A stretch of 37,357 bases of DNA from a virus (lineage: Duplodnaviria > Caudoviricetes): positions 1 to 37,357 of the IMG/VR virus record IMGVR_UViG_3300031520_000199; one strand, given 5' to 3'. The translations under genes were made by a program, and so were the position numbers. Below are positions 17,632-28,162 of the stretch, piece after piece. The notes beneath the pieces are model-generated. The model was not told where the DNA came from. It searched no databases and saw only the letters and a program-made list of their open reading frames with translations. Numbering within the stretch: the first letter of the stretch is position 1; every line of letters starts with the position of its first letter.

Positions 17632-20600
17632 ATGCCAGAAGCCGTTTCACTAGGCACAGTTTACACGTCGGCGGAGATGCGTCTCGGCAATTTCAATGCC
17701 GGGTATGACCGCATCGTGACGGGACTGGAAACCCTGGAAAAAAAAGGGTACAGTCTCAAGTTCAGCACCAGCGGACTCACAAGCGAGCTGAACGCGGTCA
17801 AATTGCAGGTGGAGAGCCTGACAAGCGCCGTAGGCGTTGCTATCGGCAAGCTGCGCGACCTGGGCGAGGTCAACCTGCGTTTCAGCAGCCTGCGGGCGGC
17901 CACCCAGGACGCTCAGGCAGATTTGGGGGCGGTTGGACTGGCGGCGAAGGGGACAAAAGAGGAACTAGCGGGCTTGAACGGCGTCAAGTTCGCAGCGCCG
18001 GACACCGCCCCCGTGCTTGCTGGGCTGAAGGAAGTCTCTGCGCAGGCGAAGCTGACAGCAAAGGAAATTGCGGACGCCTACAAAGGCGTGGGGGCTGTTC
18101 CCTTGCCCGCTTCGCCGCGCCTCCCTGTACCGCCTCCGCCGCGCCGCAGCACTATTGACCCGCGCGTGGCCGCCGAGAACCGCCAGCAGCGCGACGAAGG
18201 CTTCAACATTCGCCAAAACAAGGCGATTGACAAAAAGCGAGACGACATGGCGGGCCGGGCTGCCGACGGCTTGACGCTGGCAGGCGCAGGGGCGGTCGGC
18301 CTCGCGGGATACGTTGCGGTCAAGGCGGGTGACTGGCAAAAGGTGCTGCTGGACATGAAGTCCAACACACTGATGACCCCGCAGGATTTTGGCCTGTTCA
18401 AACGCCTGATCCCGCAGATGGCAAGCGAGAGCGGCGCGGACATGACCGCGCTTGCCAACGCATTCAAGCGGGCTGAAAACCACGACTTCACCGGCCAAAA
18501 CGCGGTCAAGCTGGAGACGGCAGCCATGCAAAGCGCGGTCGCCACCTCATCAGACCCGGAAGCGACTGCCAACCTGCTCGCCCAGCAGATGTTCGCGTTC
18601 CACGTTGACCCGTCCAAATCCAAGAACGCCATGAACATGATCCACGTCGCCGCCAATCGCGGCAACCTGGACATGGGCGAGTTTGTGCAAAATGCGGGCT
18701 ACGGCATCAACTCCCTGGCAGCGCTTTCCAAAGACAAGTTCGGGCAGGATGCGGGCCTGGGGATGCGCGACGCCCTGGCCGCGTACTCCACGGCCACCAA
18801 ATACGGCTTTAACCCCTCCGAAGCCGCCACGCAAATCCGCGATCTCGGCGTCCACCTCATCAAGCCTACACCCCAAACCCTGAAAATCCTGGCAGCTCTG
18901 AAAGCGTCAGGCCGGGGCGATTTGCGCAGCGACTTCTCCCTGAAAGGCTTGCAGACAAAGGGGCTGCACGGCATTTTAGAGGATTTGGCGAAGGCCACCG
19001 AGGGCCACCCGGAAATTGTGATGCAGGCGCTGGGCGCGCAGCGCGGCGGCATCGGCGCAATGATCTTGGGGCAGGGGGGCTATTACAACGGCAAGAAAGT
19101 CAACGCCGGGCGCGGGCTGGACACGTTCCGCGACATCTATGCCCAATTGGGGCAGGCAGAGGCCGGAAAACTCGACCCCATCACCCCGCTGTACCAGGAG
19201 CGGCGCGGCACGGTCAACTCCAAGATGGCGCAAACGGAGAACAAGCTCCAGGCCGACATCGTGAAACTCGGAGACGACGGCGCGCTGGACGCCTTGGGCC
19301 ACTTCTTCGACCGGCTTGGCGCGGTGCTGGACAAGTTCGGCAAACTGCCCAAGAAAACGCAGACGGGCATCTTTGACGCCCTGCTCTATGGCGGCGCAGG
19401 CGCGGTGGCTGTGGACGGCGGCATCAAGGGCCTCTTGTGGATCAAGGGCCTCAAAGCCGATCTTGCGGAACTCGGCGGCGTTAAAGTCCCGGTGGGCTTG
19501 TCCAATGCGCTAAAAGGGATCGGCGGGTTTTTCGCACGCCTTTCCGGGATGAGCCTGTCTGGTGGGGCGCTGGGATTGCTGGCGCGCATCGGCCTGATTT
19601 CCGGGGGCGGGAGTGGCCTCGTCAATGCGGGCGGGCTAGGGGGAGGGCTGCTGCGCGGCGGAGCAGGGCTGGGGGCGGGACTAATCGGGGGCGGCATCCT
19701 GGCCGCCCCGGCGATGGTCCTGGCGTATGGCCTGAAAAAGATCACCGAGCAGCACAACGCGGTCAACGACGCTCGCGCACACATGGCAGGCATGGTAGAC
19801 GTGTCGCCGTTCGTGCGCGAGAAAAGCGCCCTGCGGCATCAGCTGCAAAAAGACCCCGGCGACAAAGCTGCCGCGCACAAACTCCGCATCGTCACCGACG
19901 AAATGAACCGGATTTTAGGCACGTACAACCGGCATTTTGCGGCTGCTCAGGGCAAGCTCGGGGCCTACCCAGCGTTTCTCACATCCATGCTGGCAAAGGC
20001 GGGCGCGCATCTGTCTGGAGGCATCTATCAGTGCGGTTCAGCTATCACCGCAGCGTATCAATCAGCGGGTCTGGGTACATCGGCCACGCAGACACGAAAC
20101 AACGGCAAGCGGCAAGGGGCCATCGGCACCGACCGCAATGGCAATCCGATGTACCCGAATGGCACGGAAGTGTTTCTGCCGCCGAACAACGGCAAATTGG
20201 ATGTGAAGGGCACCAATCAGCACTTTGTGCTGACATGGGTGGGCGGAGACGGCGTCCAGCGCGTGGCCGAGAACACCACAGCCGGCGGCGGCGGCTACCA
20301 TTACCGGGGAGATCGCACGCTCGCTGACCTGGTGGCCGCGCACGGCGGGCGCATGGAAGCATTCTTAGCCGGCAGCGGCGCAGGTCGCCCAGATAACCCT
20401 CGGTATGCGTCTCACCGTCACACACGCACGGAGCAGGTACCACAAGGCGAGCAGACACATAGCCATGACGGGGGCAAACACCACTCTGATGGCGACTGGT
20501 ACAGCACATTCCATGCGATGACCGATCCTGAGGCCGTCGCTGCCAGCAAAGCCGCGCACAAAGCAGAGGAAAAGACCCGCCGGGAATCCGCCGCGCAGAA

Positions 20601-22272
20601 AAGAAAAGCCGAGGCGCAGAAAAAGCGCGACGCAAGCTTTGACAAAACCCAGTCGGAGAAGGAGTTCGGCGAAACACACGGGGGCAAATACGACCGCCTG
20701 CGCCACCTGGCCCGCGCCGATGTGCCGAACAATATCCGGCTGTTTGAGCATCAGGGCGTCAGCCCCGCCGCCGCCCGCGTCAAAGCCGAGGGCGTCGCCG
20801 CCGGGCAAATCAAGGCGATTAACGCCGAAGAAGCCACGCACCTGGCCGACCTCCAAAAAAAGAAGGCGACTGCCGCCGAAACCGCCGCCAATAGGCAAAC
20901 TGCCGCCGAAGCGCGGGAAGCAAAAACGCAGGAAAAGCAGTGGGACGATTCTGTCAAAGCGGCAAAATCCGCGATTGGCAAGATCGCCAAAGAGCACGAA
21001 ATGGCCGCAAAGCACAAAGCGGCGGATGATAAGCGGGCGGCTGCTGACGCCAAGCGAGTGTCCGACGAAGAACTTCGCGCCGCCAAACGCCTCGCCGAGG
21101 AGGAAAAGCGGGCGCAGGACGAAGTGATGCAGTTTGAGTTCCAGCACCACAAAATCACGCTGCAAAACTATCTCGGCTACCTAAACACGCGGCTGACGGC
21201 GGCGCAAGCGGCGGCAACTGCCGAGGGCAAGCTGGCAAATGAGGACGTCATTGGCCTGACCACGAAAAAAGAGGAATTAGAGGCCACGCAGTCTCCCACG
21301 CGCGAAAACATCAACGTGCGCGAAGGGATGCGTGATGGTTTTCAGTCTTCCACCGAAGGCGCACTGCGCAACTGGAAGAACCCGCGCACGGCGGCCAAGT
21401 CCGTTGCTCACGACATGAAGAGCCACATGGCCGACATGGGGGCAAGCCTCGGCTCCAAGTGGCTCACAGGGCAGATTTTTGGCGGCGGATTGGGCTTAAG
21501 CGGCGGCCTGGGCGGGCCAGGCAAGTTATTTGGTGGCCTGGGCAATTTGTTCGGAGGCCTGTTCGGGCACAAAAAGGGCGCGGCAGGCGCGAGCGGCATC
21601 TTGGGCGCGCTTGGGGGCGGGGCAGGCGTTCCGTCCGGCGTCACCCCCGTGTATGTGGTCAACATGGGGAATGGATTTGGGGGCGCAGGCGGCTCGTTTG
21701 GGACTGGCGGAATGTCCGGCTTTGGGGGCGGGGCGAGCGGCGCCCTGTCAATGGCGGGGAACGTGGCGTCCTTGTTCAGCAAAGGCGGGGCGGGCGGGGG
21801 TCTCGGCGGACTGCTGGGCAAGGGCGGGGGGCTGAGTGGCCTTTTGGGGCACGGCGGCGGAATGCTGTCCGGGCTAGGCGCGGCCATGCCGTGGGTCAGC
21901 GGTGGGCTGATGCTCAACGGAGTGCTCGGCAACCCGCTGGGCAAAGCGTTCAAGGGCTTCAAGAAGCTGTTTCACTTTTCCTCCGGCGCATGGAGCGTTC
22001 CCGGTTCGGGCACGGGAGACAACGTGCCCGCGATGCTGGCGCCGGGCGAGCTGGCTATGCCGAGGCCCGCCGCACAAGCGTTCCGGGACTATTTCAAGGG
22101 CGGCGGACGCGGCCAGGGCGCGGGCTTCGGCGCGCAGCCGGGGCATGGGCCGGTGACGGTGACAGTTAACCATCACGGCGACATCAACAACCATGCCGAG
22201 GGCGAGCGCTTTCACGAGCAGACAGCCTGGCACGTCAAGAGCGCTCTGCCGGTGGCGACGCCGGGCACATAG
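17632..22272 (+). CDS. Tape measure protein with embedded CHAP-like domain
   Basis: 1546 aa, Ala/Gly-rich; TP901-like core; C-terminal VPGSGTGDNVPAMLAPGE motif. Confidence 0.93.
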   Translation: MPEAVSLGTVYTSAEMRLGNFNAGYDRIVTGLETLEKKGYSLKFSTSGLTSELNAVKLQVESLTSAVGVAIGKLRDLGEVNLRFSSLRAATQDAQADLGAVGLAAKGTKEELAGLNGVKFAAPDTAPVLAGLKEVSAQAKLTAKEIADAYKGVGAVPLPASPRLPVPPPPRRSTIDPRVAAENRQQRDEGFNIRQNKAIDKKRDDMAGRAADGLTLAGAGAVGLAGYVAVKAGDWQKVLLDMKSNTLMTPQDFGLFKRLIPQMASESGADMTALANAFKRAENHDFTGQNAVKLETAAMQSAVATSSDPEATANLLAQQMFAFHVDPSKSKNAMNMIHVAANRGNLDMGEFVQNAGYGINSLAALSKDKFGQDAGLGMRDALAAYSTATKYGFNPSEAATQIRDLGVHLIKPTPQTLKILAALKASGRGDLRSDFSLKGLQTKGLHGILEDLAKATEGHPEIVMQALGAQRGGIGAMILGQGGYYNGKKVNAGRGLDTFRDIYAQLGQAEAGKLDPITPLYQERRGTVNSKMAQTENKLQADIVKLGDDGALDALGHFFDRLGAVLDKFGKLPKKTQTGIFDALLYGGAGAVAVDGGIKGLLWIKGLKADLAELGGVKVPVGLSNALKGIGGFFARLSGMSLSGGALGLLARIGLISGGGSGLVNAGGLGGGLLRGGAGLGAGLIGGGILAAPAMVLAYGLKKITEQHNAVNDARAHMAGMVDVSPFVREKSALRHQLQKDPGDKAAAHKLRIVTDEMNRILGTYNRHFAAAQGKLGAYPAFLTSMLAKAGAHLSGGIYQCGSAITAAYQSAGLGTSATQTRNNGKRQGAIGTDRNGNPMYPNGTEVFLPPNNGKLDVKGTNQHFVLTWVGGDGVQRVAENTTAGGGGYHYRGDRTLADLVAAHGGRMEAFLAGSGAGRPDNPRYASHRHTRTEQVPQGEQTHSHDGGKHHSDGDWYSTFHAMTDPEAVAASKAAHKAEEKTRRESAAQKRKAEAQKKRDASFDKTQSEKEFGETHGGKYDRLRHLARADVPNNIRLFEHQGVSPAAARVKAEGVAAGQIKAINAEEATHLADLQKKKATAAETAANRQTAAEAREAKTQEKQWDDSVKAAKSAIGKIAKEHEMAAKHKAADDKRAAADAKRVSDEELRAAKRLAEEEKRAQDEVMQFEFQHHKITLQNYLGYLNTRLTAAQAAATAEGKLANEDVIGLTTKKEELEATQSPTRENINVREGMRDGFQSSTEGALRNWKNPRTAAKSVAHDMKSHMADMGASLGSKWLTGQIFGGGLGLSGGLGGPGKLFGGLGNLFGGLFGHKKGAAGASGILGALGGGAGVPSGVTPVYVVNMGNGFGGAGGSFGTGGMSGFGGGASGALSMAGNVASLFSKGGAGGGLGGLLGKGGGLSGLLGHGGGMLSGLGAAMPWVSGGLMLNGVLGNPLGKAFKGFKKLFHFSSGAWSVPGSGTGDNVPAMLAPGELAMPRPAAQAFRDYFKGGGRGQGAGFGAQPGHGPVTVTVNHHGDINNHAEGERFHEQTAWHVKSALPVATPGT

Positions 22273-22283
22273 ACTCTTTACCC

Positions 22284-23039
22284 ATGATGAATTACCTCCT
22301 GAAGTTCGGCAACTATGTGTTCCCGGCGACATTGATCCCCGATGGCGGGCCGCAGGACATCGACCTGGGCGAAAGCGAGCTGCCCCGGCAGGACGGATCG
22401 CGCCTCCAGCCGGGGCGGGTGAAAAGCCGGCTGCTGTCGGTCAAAGGGGGCGTGCAGGCGGACACGATGGACGCGCTGCGCGCCGCCCTGGACCCGCTCA
22501 AAAGCGCCTGCGTGCGCGGAACGGCAGCGCCACTTTTCTACGGCTGCGATGACCGCTATTTCAACGCGGTGGTGGAGAGCTTTAGCGACAGCTATTCGGA
22601 GGGGCAGTTGTGGGGGGCGCTCGCGACCATCAGCATCAGCTTTCGGTGCGGGGAGCCGTTTGCGCTCGGCCTGGTCGCCGACACCATCAATTTTTCCATG
22701 GGGCAGTCTTCCTGGACGCTGGACCCAAGCGGCGACGGCGACGTGCGTGTGCTGCCGCTGTGGACGATCACCGTGGGCGCAGCGGGCACCGGGCCGCTCA
22801 CGCTCACCAACCAAACCACGCAGGAAACGGCGACGCTGACGGGGCCATTCGCGGCAGGCGACGTGCTGACGCTGAACCGGGACGGCTACAAAGTCGCCCA
22901 GAACGGCGCTCCGAACTTCGGCCTGCTGTCCGGGCGCATCCCACGCCTGGTTTCGGGCGTCAACGCGGTGTCCCTGACGGCAGGCGGCACGGCCACCGTG
23001 AGCGCATTCTCGGCCACGTACACGCCGCGCTGGCTCTAA
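22284..23039 (+). CDS. Distal tail protein (Dit-like)
   Basis: Follows the TMP; PRQDGS, ISFRCGEPFA, PRLVSGVNAV. Confidence 0.8.
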   Translation: MMNYLLKFGNYVFPATLIPDGGPQDIDLGESELPRQDGSRLQPGRVKSRLLSVKGGVQADTMDALRAALDPLKSACVRGTAAPLFYGCDDRYFNAVVESFSDSYSEGQLWGALATISISFRCGEPFALGLVADTINFSMGQSSWTLDPSGDGDVRVLPLWTITVGAAGTGPLTLTNQTTQETATLTGPFAAGDVLTLNRDGYKVAQNGAPNFGLLSGRIPRLVSGVNAVSLTAGGTATVSAFSATYTPRWL

Positions 23040-23079
23040 TTCGGCTGATTGCTGGCTCTAATTCGGCTGGCGTTTTACT

Positions 23080-26000
23080 ATGTCCAACTACTTTGACATT
23101 GAAGCCCGCTTTTTCTCGCGGGCGACTGGCCTGCGCCTAGAGGTCAACCCCGACGACATCCTGCAAGTGGCGTGGGAGGAAGTCGAGGCAGGCGGCACAG
23201 GGCAGATCACGACGGAGCTGGCGCGGCCTTATGACGACCTGAACTGGCCCGTGCAGGGCGGGGACACCATTGAAGTGTGGGCGCTGGGCACGGGCGAGAC
23301 GACGCCGCGCTGCCGGGGAGCGGTCGGGCAGTACGAAAAGGTACTGGACCTCAAAGAGCGGTTTTTGCTGACCTCCTACGGGCGCATGGAGGACATGAAC
23401 CGGGTCGTGCTGGACCGCATCCTGCTGCATCCGGGCGGGGCGGACCTCAGCGTCTTCGTGGGACAGATCGCGGACGATTACGCGGCGCGCAGGCCCGGCC
23501 TCGCGTTCGTGCGGGACATCCAGTTTGTCAACGTCTCGCTAGAGCAGCTTGCACAGACCAACGCGACCGCACGGGCGAGCATGGACCAGATTGCGGCCCA
23601 GGCGGGCGGCAACGTGGTTTGGGGCTGGGACATCGACCCGGCCAGTGGGCTGGACAGGTTTTACCTGCGGCCTAAGACGGACACCATCGGCGAGCAGTTT
23701 TTTGTCGGCGCGAGTGTCAAGATGATGTCTGCGCCGTCCGAGCTGCAAAACCTCGTCAACGGCATTAAGCTCCAGGGTGGCCCGGCCAAATACCCGCAGC
23801 TTTTGACCAACCCCAGCCTGGAAGTGCCCACGCTGCCGGGGGAGGCGGGCGGGAACCTCCTTACCGACGGCGGCTTTGAGTTCGGGATCGCCTGGCATTA
23901 CGGCGGTGGGGCCTCGCGCGTCTCGCAGCACGATATCTCTGCACACAACACGACGGCTCACACAGGCAACTACTATGCCCTGCTCGACCATGCCGGCGAG
24001 GAAATCTGGCAGGAGTGTGCGGCCACGCAGGGCAAGACGTACCGGGCCAGCCTGTTTGACTCGCGCGAGTCGGGGAGCTTTGCCAGCCAGGGCACGCTGA
24101 TTATCGAGGGGCGCAGCGCGAGCGGGGCCGTCCTGGAAACCTATAGCCTGCCGCTCGCGCCTGCCAGCACGGCCTGGACGGGCGGCCAGGGCAGCACGGT
24201 GCTCGCCAGCGACGCGACGCAGCTTTCAGTCACGTTTGGCAGCCCGGCCACGACGACGGCGCGGGTGCGGGTCGTCTCGTCCAATGGCTCGAACACGAAC
24301 GGCCTGTGCATTGACGACGTGACGTTTGCGGATGCGGCGTCGGTGGGGCAGGTGGGGTGGTTTGCCAATGCGCGGGACGGCAAGACCATCGGGTCGCAGT
24401 TTGCGACCCTGGACTGGGCGTGCGGCGGGGCCGCTTGGGAAGGCGCCTATGGATTGCGGGCACGCGTGACGCCGACCTCCCAGTGGAACCCGGCCATTGA
24501 GCCGTATCCGGGCCTGGACGGCCACAATCAGGGCTTCCATTTTAAGCCCGCGCCGCAGCAGGCGCTGCGAGTCGGCGTGCGGGTGCGCATGGCGCCGGGC
24601 CTCGCGACGGGCGCGGGCCAGGTGCGCGCGGAGTATGTGGAATGGGCGGGGGACGGACACCAAACGCAGCGGATCAACGGGCCAGGGGTGACGATCCCCA
24701 ACGACGCCCTGTGGCACTTTGTCTACCAAGACGTAAGCGCGCACGGGGATGCGGCGTCGGCGACGGTGGGGCTGACATTTGGGACGGGCGGCGTGTACGA
24801 CGTGGACGGCTGGACGGCCCGCGACCGACAGGCAGGCGAGGGGGCAGACCCCGCCGATCCTCTGGGCGTACAAACCTTCCTCCGGGGCACCAATTTTGAG
24901 ATTTACGTGACGGCGGAGCAGGTGTGTCCGGTCGGCAGCGACGCCTACAACTCGTTTGCGATCTACGGACGGCAAGAAGCCGTTGTCAGCAACGACCAGA
25001 TCGTAGATTGGAACGCGGACGCGAAGCAGTGGGCGGCAGCGTATTTGGGGCGCGTGGCCGTGCCGCTGGTGCGCCCGCAGGTGCAGCTCGACCATGAGCC
25101 GGCGCGGCGTCCGAACCCCGGCCAGGGCACGCAGGTGCGCATCAGCGGCACCGCCACCGACTTGACCGATTGGTGCGCCAAAACGCGCTACGCATGGGCC
25201 AAGCTGCTGCTGGGCGTAACATTAGAAATGAGCAGCGACCGGCCTACCTGGGCCAAGCTGCTGCTGGGCATCAATAGCGGCGGGGGCGGAGGCAGCGCGT
25301 CCAGCATCGCGGCGGTGGCAAAAGGCGGGGGCGGGGGAAGCACCACGACGCCCGCGCCTGCCTATTTCGGCACGATCCCCCACACAAGCGCCGATGCCAC
25401 GCTGCACGACGCCTATTTTGCCGCGCCGCACGTGCCTCCCGCCACGGGGGACGGACAAACCCTGCGCTGGAATGCCGCCACCAGCGCTTATGTCGCCGAC
25501 CCGCTCGCGGTCAACAACGGCACGGGGACACTGACCCTCACCGCCCTGGGAGGCTCCAACACTGGCCTGACGCTGGTCAACCAGGGAACCACCGGCAACG
25601 ATTTTCCCGCCATTGCCATCGGCTCGCATGACGCGTACAGCACCATCTACGTGACCAACCACGGCCATCCGTTAGGCTGTATCACGGGCTACTATACGGT
25701 TGCCTCCGATGGATACCGCTTTCTCGGCGCGGACGGTACGGCGATTTTCTCAGGTTGGCAGAACGGCAACTGCACGGCAAAAGGCTTGTTTCAGGCAGGC
25801 GGATACGCGGCCAGCGACGGGACGGCGGGGGTCACCGGCACGGGCGGCGGCGGGGATACCATCAAAAACGGCCTGGTGACTGCCCTGGGCACACCCTCGG
25901 CAAGCGTCACGCTGTCCCAAGCTGTTCCGTCGGCAGAAACGGCAGGCACGGCGGGCAGCGTGGGGACGGCCACGACGGCGGCGCGGGCCGATCACGTACA

Positions 26001-27123
26001 TGCGATGCCTGCCGCCTACCCGCCGACCGCGCACGCGGGCAGTCACGGGGCGGGCGGTAGCGATCCGGTCAGCCCGGCCAGCATCGGCGCGGAAAGCACA
26101 GCCAACAAAGGCGCAGCGAATGGCTACGCCGGGCTGGACGCCAGCGGCAAAATCCCCACCAATGCACTGCCCGCCTCAGTCGTGGGCGGGATGGTGTATC
26201 AGGGGGCGTGGGACGCCAACGCCAACAGTCCCGCTCTAGCGAGTGGCACCGGCACGAAAGGTGCGTACTACAAAATCAGCGTGGCTGGCAGCACAACCCT
26301 GGACGGAAACAACGGCTGGCACGTAGGCGACTGGGTTGCATTTGACGGCGCGACCTGGGACAAGATCGACAACTTTGAGGCGGTCACCAGCGTCGCCGGG
26401 CGCGTCGGCGCAGTCACGCTCGCCACTGCGGACATTGCGGGCCTGGGCACGGCGGCGGTCGCTAACGTGCCTGCGGCGGGGAGCAATGCGTCCTCGGCGC
26501 AGGTGGTACGCGGCGACGATACGCGCTTGGGAGCAACGACGCCGCTTGCCACCACGATGCCAGCCGCAGAAACAGCGGGCGCGGCAGGGACGGTCGGCAC
26601 CAGCACCAGCGCGGCGCGCGCCGACCATGTGCATCCTCTGCCGGGGCCGTTCGCAGCCTCGGGGACAGGCCACGCGGCAGGGTTTGTGCCTGATCCCGGC
26701 GCGGCGGCAGGCAGTGCGCGGTTTCTGCGGGAGGATGGGGGCTGGCAGGTGCCTGTTTTGCGTCAGGCGACTGTCACCTTGTTTTACGGAGGCACACTGG
26801 CTACCGGGCTGTCGGGCCTGCCCTACTGCGTGCCGCCCGGCGTGACGCTCACAGTGACGGGGTTGCGGCTGCGCCTGGGCACAGCCGGGACAACCACGAC
26901 CAGCATCAACATCCAGAAATCCACAGGCGGCATCAGTGCCGCCTTCGCCGCTGCCGCAACAAGCCAAAACCTCTCGACAGCCACGGCCACGGCTCCCGGA
27001 GGCACAACCGACGCCATCGCCCCCGCAATGACATTTAACGCAGGCGACTTGATCGACCTCAACGTGGTCACTGCGGGGACGGGTGCCAAGGATGCCCAGG
27101 CCGAGTTGATCTGCACCTATTGA
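23080..27123 (+). CDS. Tail hub/central fibre with CBM-like domains and a low-complexity C-terminal fibre
   Basis: N-terminal hub-like region; LLTNPSLE and NLLTDGGFE CBM-like starts; fibre motifs ANKGAANGYAGLDASGKIP, YQGAWDA, VTSVAGRVGAVTL, ARADHVH twice. Confidence 0.85.
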   Translation: MSNYFDIEARFFSRATGLRLEVNPDDILQVAWEEVEAGGTGQITTELARPYDDLNWPVQGGDTIEVWALGTGETTPRCRGAVGQYEKVLDLKERFLLTSYGRMEDMNRVVLDRILLHPGGADLSVFVGQIADDYAARRPGLAFVRDIQFVNVSLEQLAQTNATARASMDQIAAQAGGNVVWGWDIDPASGLDRFYLRPKTDTIGEQFFVGASVKMMSAPSELQNLVNGIKLQGGPAKYPQLLTNPSLEVPTLPGEAGGNLLTDGGFEFGIAWHYGGGASRVSQHDISAHNTTAHTGNYYALLDHAGEEIWQECAATQGKTYRASLFDSRESGSFASQGTLIIEGRSASGAVLETYSLPLAPASTAWTGGQGSTVLASDATQLSVTFGSPATTTARVRVVSSNGSNTNGLCIDDVTFADAASVGQVGWFANARDGKTIGSQFATLDWACGGAAWEGAYGLRARVTPTSQWNPAIEPYPGLDGHNQGFHFKPAPQQALRVGVRVRMAPGLATGAGQVRAEYVEWAGDGHQTQRINGPGVTIPNDALWHFVYQDVSAHGDAASATVGLTFGTGGVYDVDGWTARDRQAGEGADPADPLGVQTFLRGTNFEIYVTAEQVCPVGSDAYNSFAIYGRQEAVVSNDQIVDWNADAKQWAAAYLGRVAVPLVRPQVQLDHEPARRPNPGQGTQVRISGTATDLTDWCAKTRYAWAKLLLGVTLEMSSDRPTWAKLLLGINSGGGGGSASSIAAVAKGGGGGSTTTPAPAYFGTIPHTSADATLHDAYFAAPHVPPATGDGQTLRWNAATSAYVADPLAVNNGTGTLTLTALGGSNTGLTLVNQGTTGNDFPAIAIGSHDAYSTIYVTNHGHPLGCITGYYTVASDGYRFLGADGTAIFSGWQNGNCTAKGLFQAGGYAASDGTAGVTGTGGGGDTIKNGLVTALGTPSASVTLSQAVPSAETAGTAGSVGTATTAARADHVHAMPAAYPPTAHAGSHGAGGSDPVSPASIGAESTANKGAANGYAGLDASGKIPTNALPASVVGGMVYQGAWDANANSPALASGTGTKGAYYKISVAGSTTLDGNNGWHVGDWVAFDGATWDKIDNFEAVTSVAGRVGAVTLATADIAGLGTAAVANVPAAGSNASSAQVVRGDDTRLGATTPLATTMPAAETAGAAGTVGTSTSAARADHVHPLPGPFAASGTGHAAGFVPDPGAAAGSARFLREDGGWQVPVLRQATVTLFYGGTLATGLSGLPYCVPPGVTLTVTGLRLRLGTAGTTTTSINIQKSTGGISAAFAAAATSQNLSTATATAPGGTTDAIAPAMTFNAGDLIDLNVVTAGTGAKDAQAELICTY

Positions 27124-27191
27124 GGGCCTGCACCTATTGATGGTCTGCACCGACTAACGCCACGAACCATTGCTCGGCAAACTGACTTACT

Positions 27192-27404
27192 ATGGCCGTC
27201 AACATCGAAAGCCAGCCGTCAACCCTCAGTGCGGCGGCGGCCTCTCATATCCCTGGCAATGCCGAAAGCCAGCCGTCCGCTCTCAGCGCGGTGGCATCCG
27301 TGCTGGTGCCAACCAACACGGAAAGCCAGCCGTCGGGCCTGAGTGCCACGGCGACAGCTCTCGCCGCCGCACGTCGGCGCGCGCCTTATGCCATCTTTTA
27401 TTAG
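27192..27404 (+). CDS. 70-aa protein with three NxESQPSxLSAxA repeats
   Basis: 57-nt period (27201, 27258, 27315) with synonymous differences between copies. Confidence 0.7.
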   Translation: MAVNIESQPSTLSAAAASHIPGNAESQPSALSAVASVLVPTNTESQPSGLSATATALAAARRRAPYAIFY

Positions 27405-27435
27405 CCGGTTATTTTGTTATTAGCGAGAACCGCCC

Positions 27436-28149
27436 ATGTCTGCCAATCCAACCTCCGCACGCGTGTCGGGCACGACCGGCTACACCCCGGCCAATCCCGG
27501 CACCAACGCTGCGGACGGCTCTGAGTCGACCGTCGTTGACCTCAATTATGTCACGCAGGGAACGACGGACACGCTGATGATTGACCTCGGAAGCGCCAAA
27601 AACGTACAGGGGATCGACCTGTATAACTACTATACGGTGCCGGCCACGCCCTACGCCTACATCGACGTGTTTGTCAGCAACGACCCTGCCAACCCTACCC
27701 AGGTCAACGCAGGCCGCATCATCAACGGCGCATCGGTTCCCGGCGCGCCCAGCAACAACGCGGTGCGCCTGACGTTCACCCAAAACGGTTATCGCTATGT
27801 GACATTGTCGCCGACCTTCCTCGCCAATGTCCCGGCGGGGCAAGGCAGCCCGCGCGCGTGCATTGTCTATGTGGGAGAAATGCTGGTGGAGACGAGCGGA
27901 ACCCCGGCTGCGCCCACCAACGTCACGGCGACAGGAAATGTGGGGGGGATTGCGGTCGCCTGGACAGCCAGCAGCAGCGCAACCTCCATGCCGGGGCTAT
28001 TCTACCGAGTCAAGCGCGCTTCCGGCACCGGTACTGGGCCGACCACGCAGATTGCCGACAATGTCACAGGCACAAGCTACAGCGATACCAGCGCCGGCGC
28101 GGGCCAGCCTTTCTCGTATGCCGTCACCGCCGTCAACCCGAACGGTTAA
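27436..28149 (+). CDS. F5/8 type C (discoidin)-like domain plus FN3 domain lacking its last strand
   Basis: AADG...LMIDLG...YRYV; then PAAPTNVTAT...AVAWTAS...YRVKR...TSYSDT...YAVTAVNPNG-stop. Confidence 0.8.
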   Translation: MSANPTSARVSGTTGYTPANPGTNAADGSESTVVDLNYVTQGTTDTLMIDLGSAKNVQGIDLYNYYTVPATPYAYIDVFVSNDPANPTQVNAGRIINGASVPGAPSNNAVRLTFTQNGYRYVTLSPTFLANVPAGQGSPRACIVYVGEMLVETSGTPAAPTNVTATGNVGGIAVAWTASSSATSMPGLFYRVKRASGTGTGPTTQIADNVTGTSYSDTSAGAGQPFSYAVTAVNPNG

Positions 28150-28162
28150 CGAAACGTCAAGG

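Noticed and set aside
27201-27350. GAAAGCCAGCCGTC three times with a 57-nt period as a CRISPR array
   Set aside because: The period is a multiple of 3 and the differences are synonymous, so it is a protein repeat.
27195-28139. GCCGTCAAC direct repeat as a DNA/RNA circularisation site rejoining the FN3 gene
   Set aside because: Only 9 nt, explained by shared A-V-N codons; no mechanism evident.
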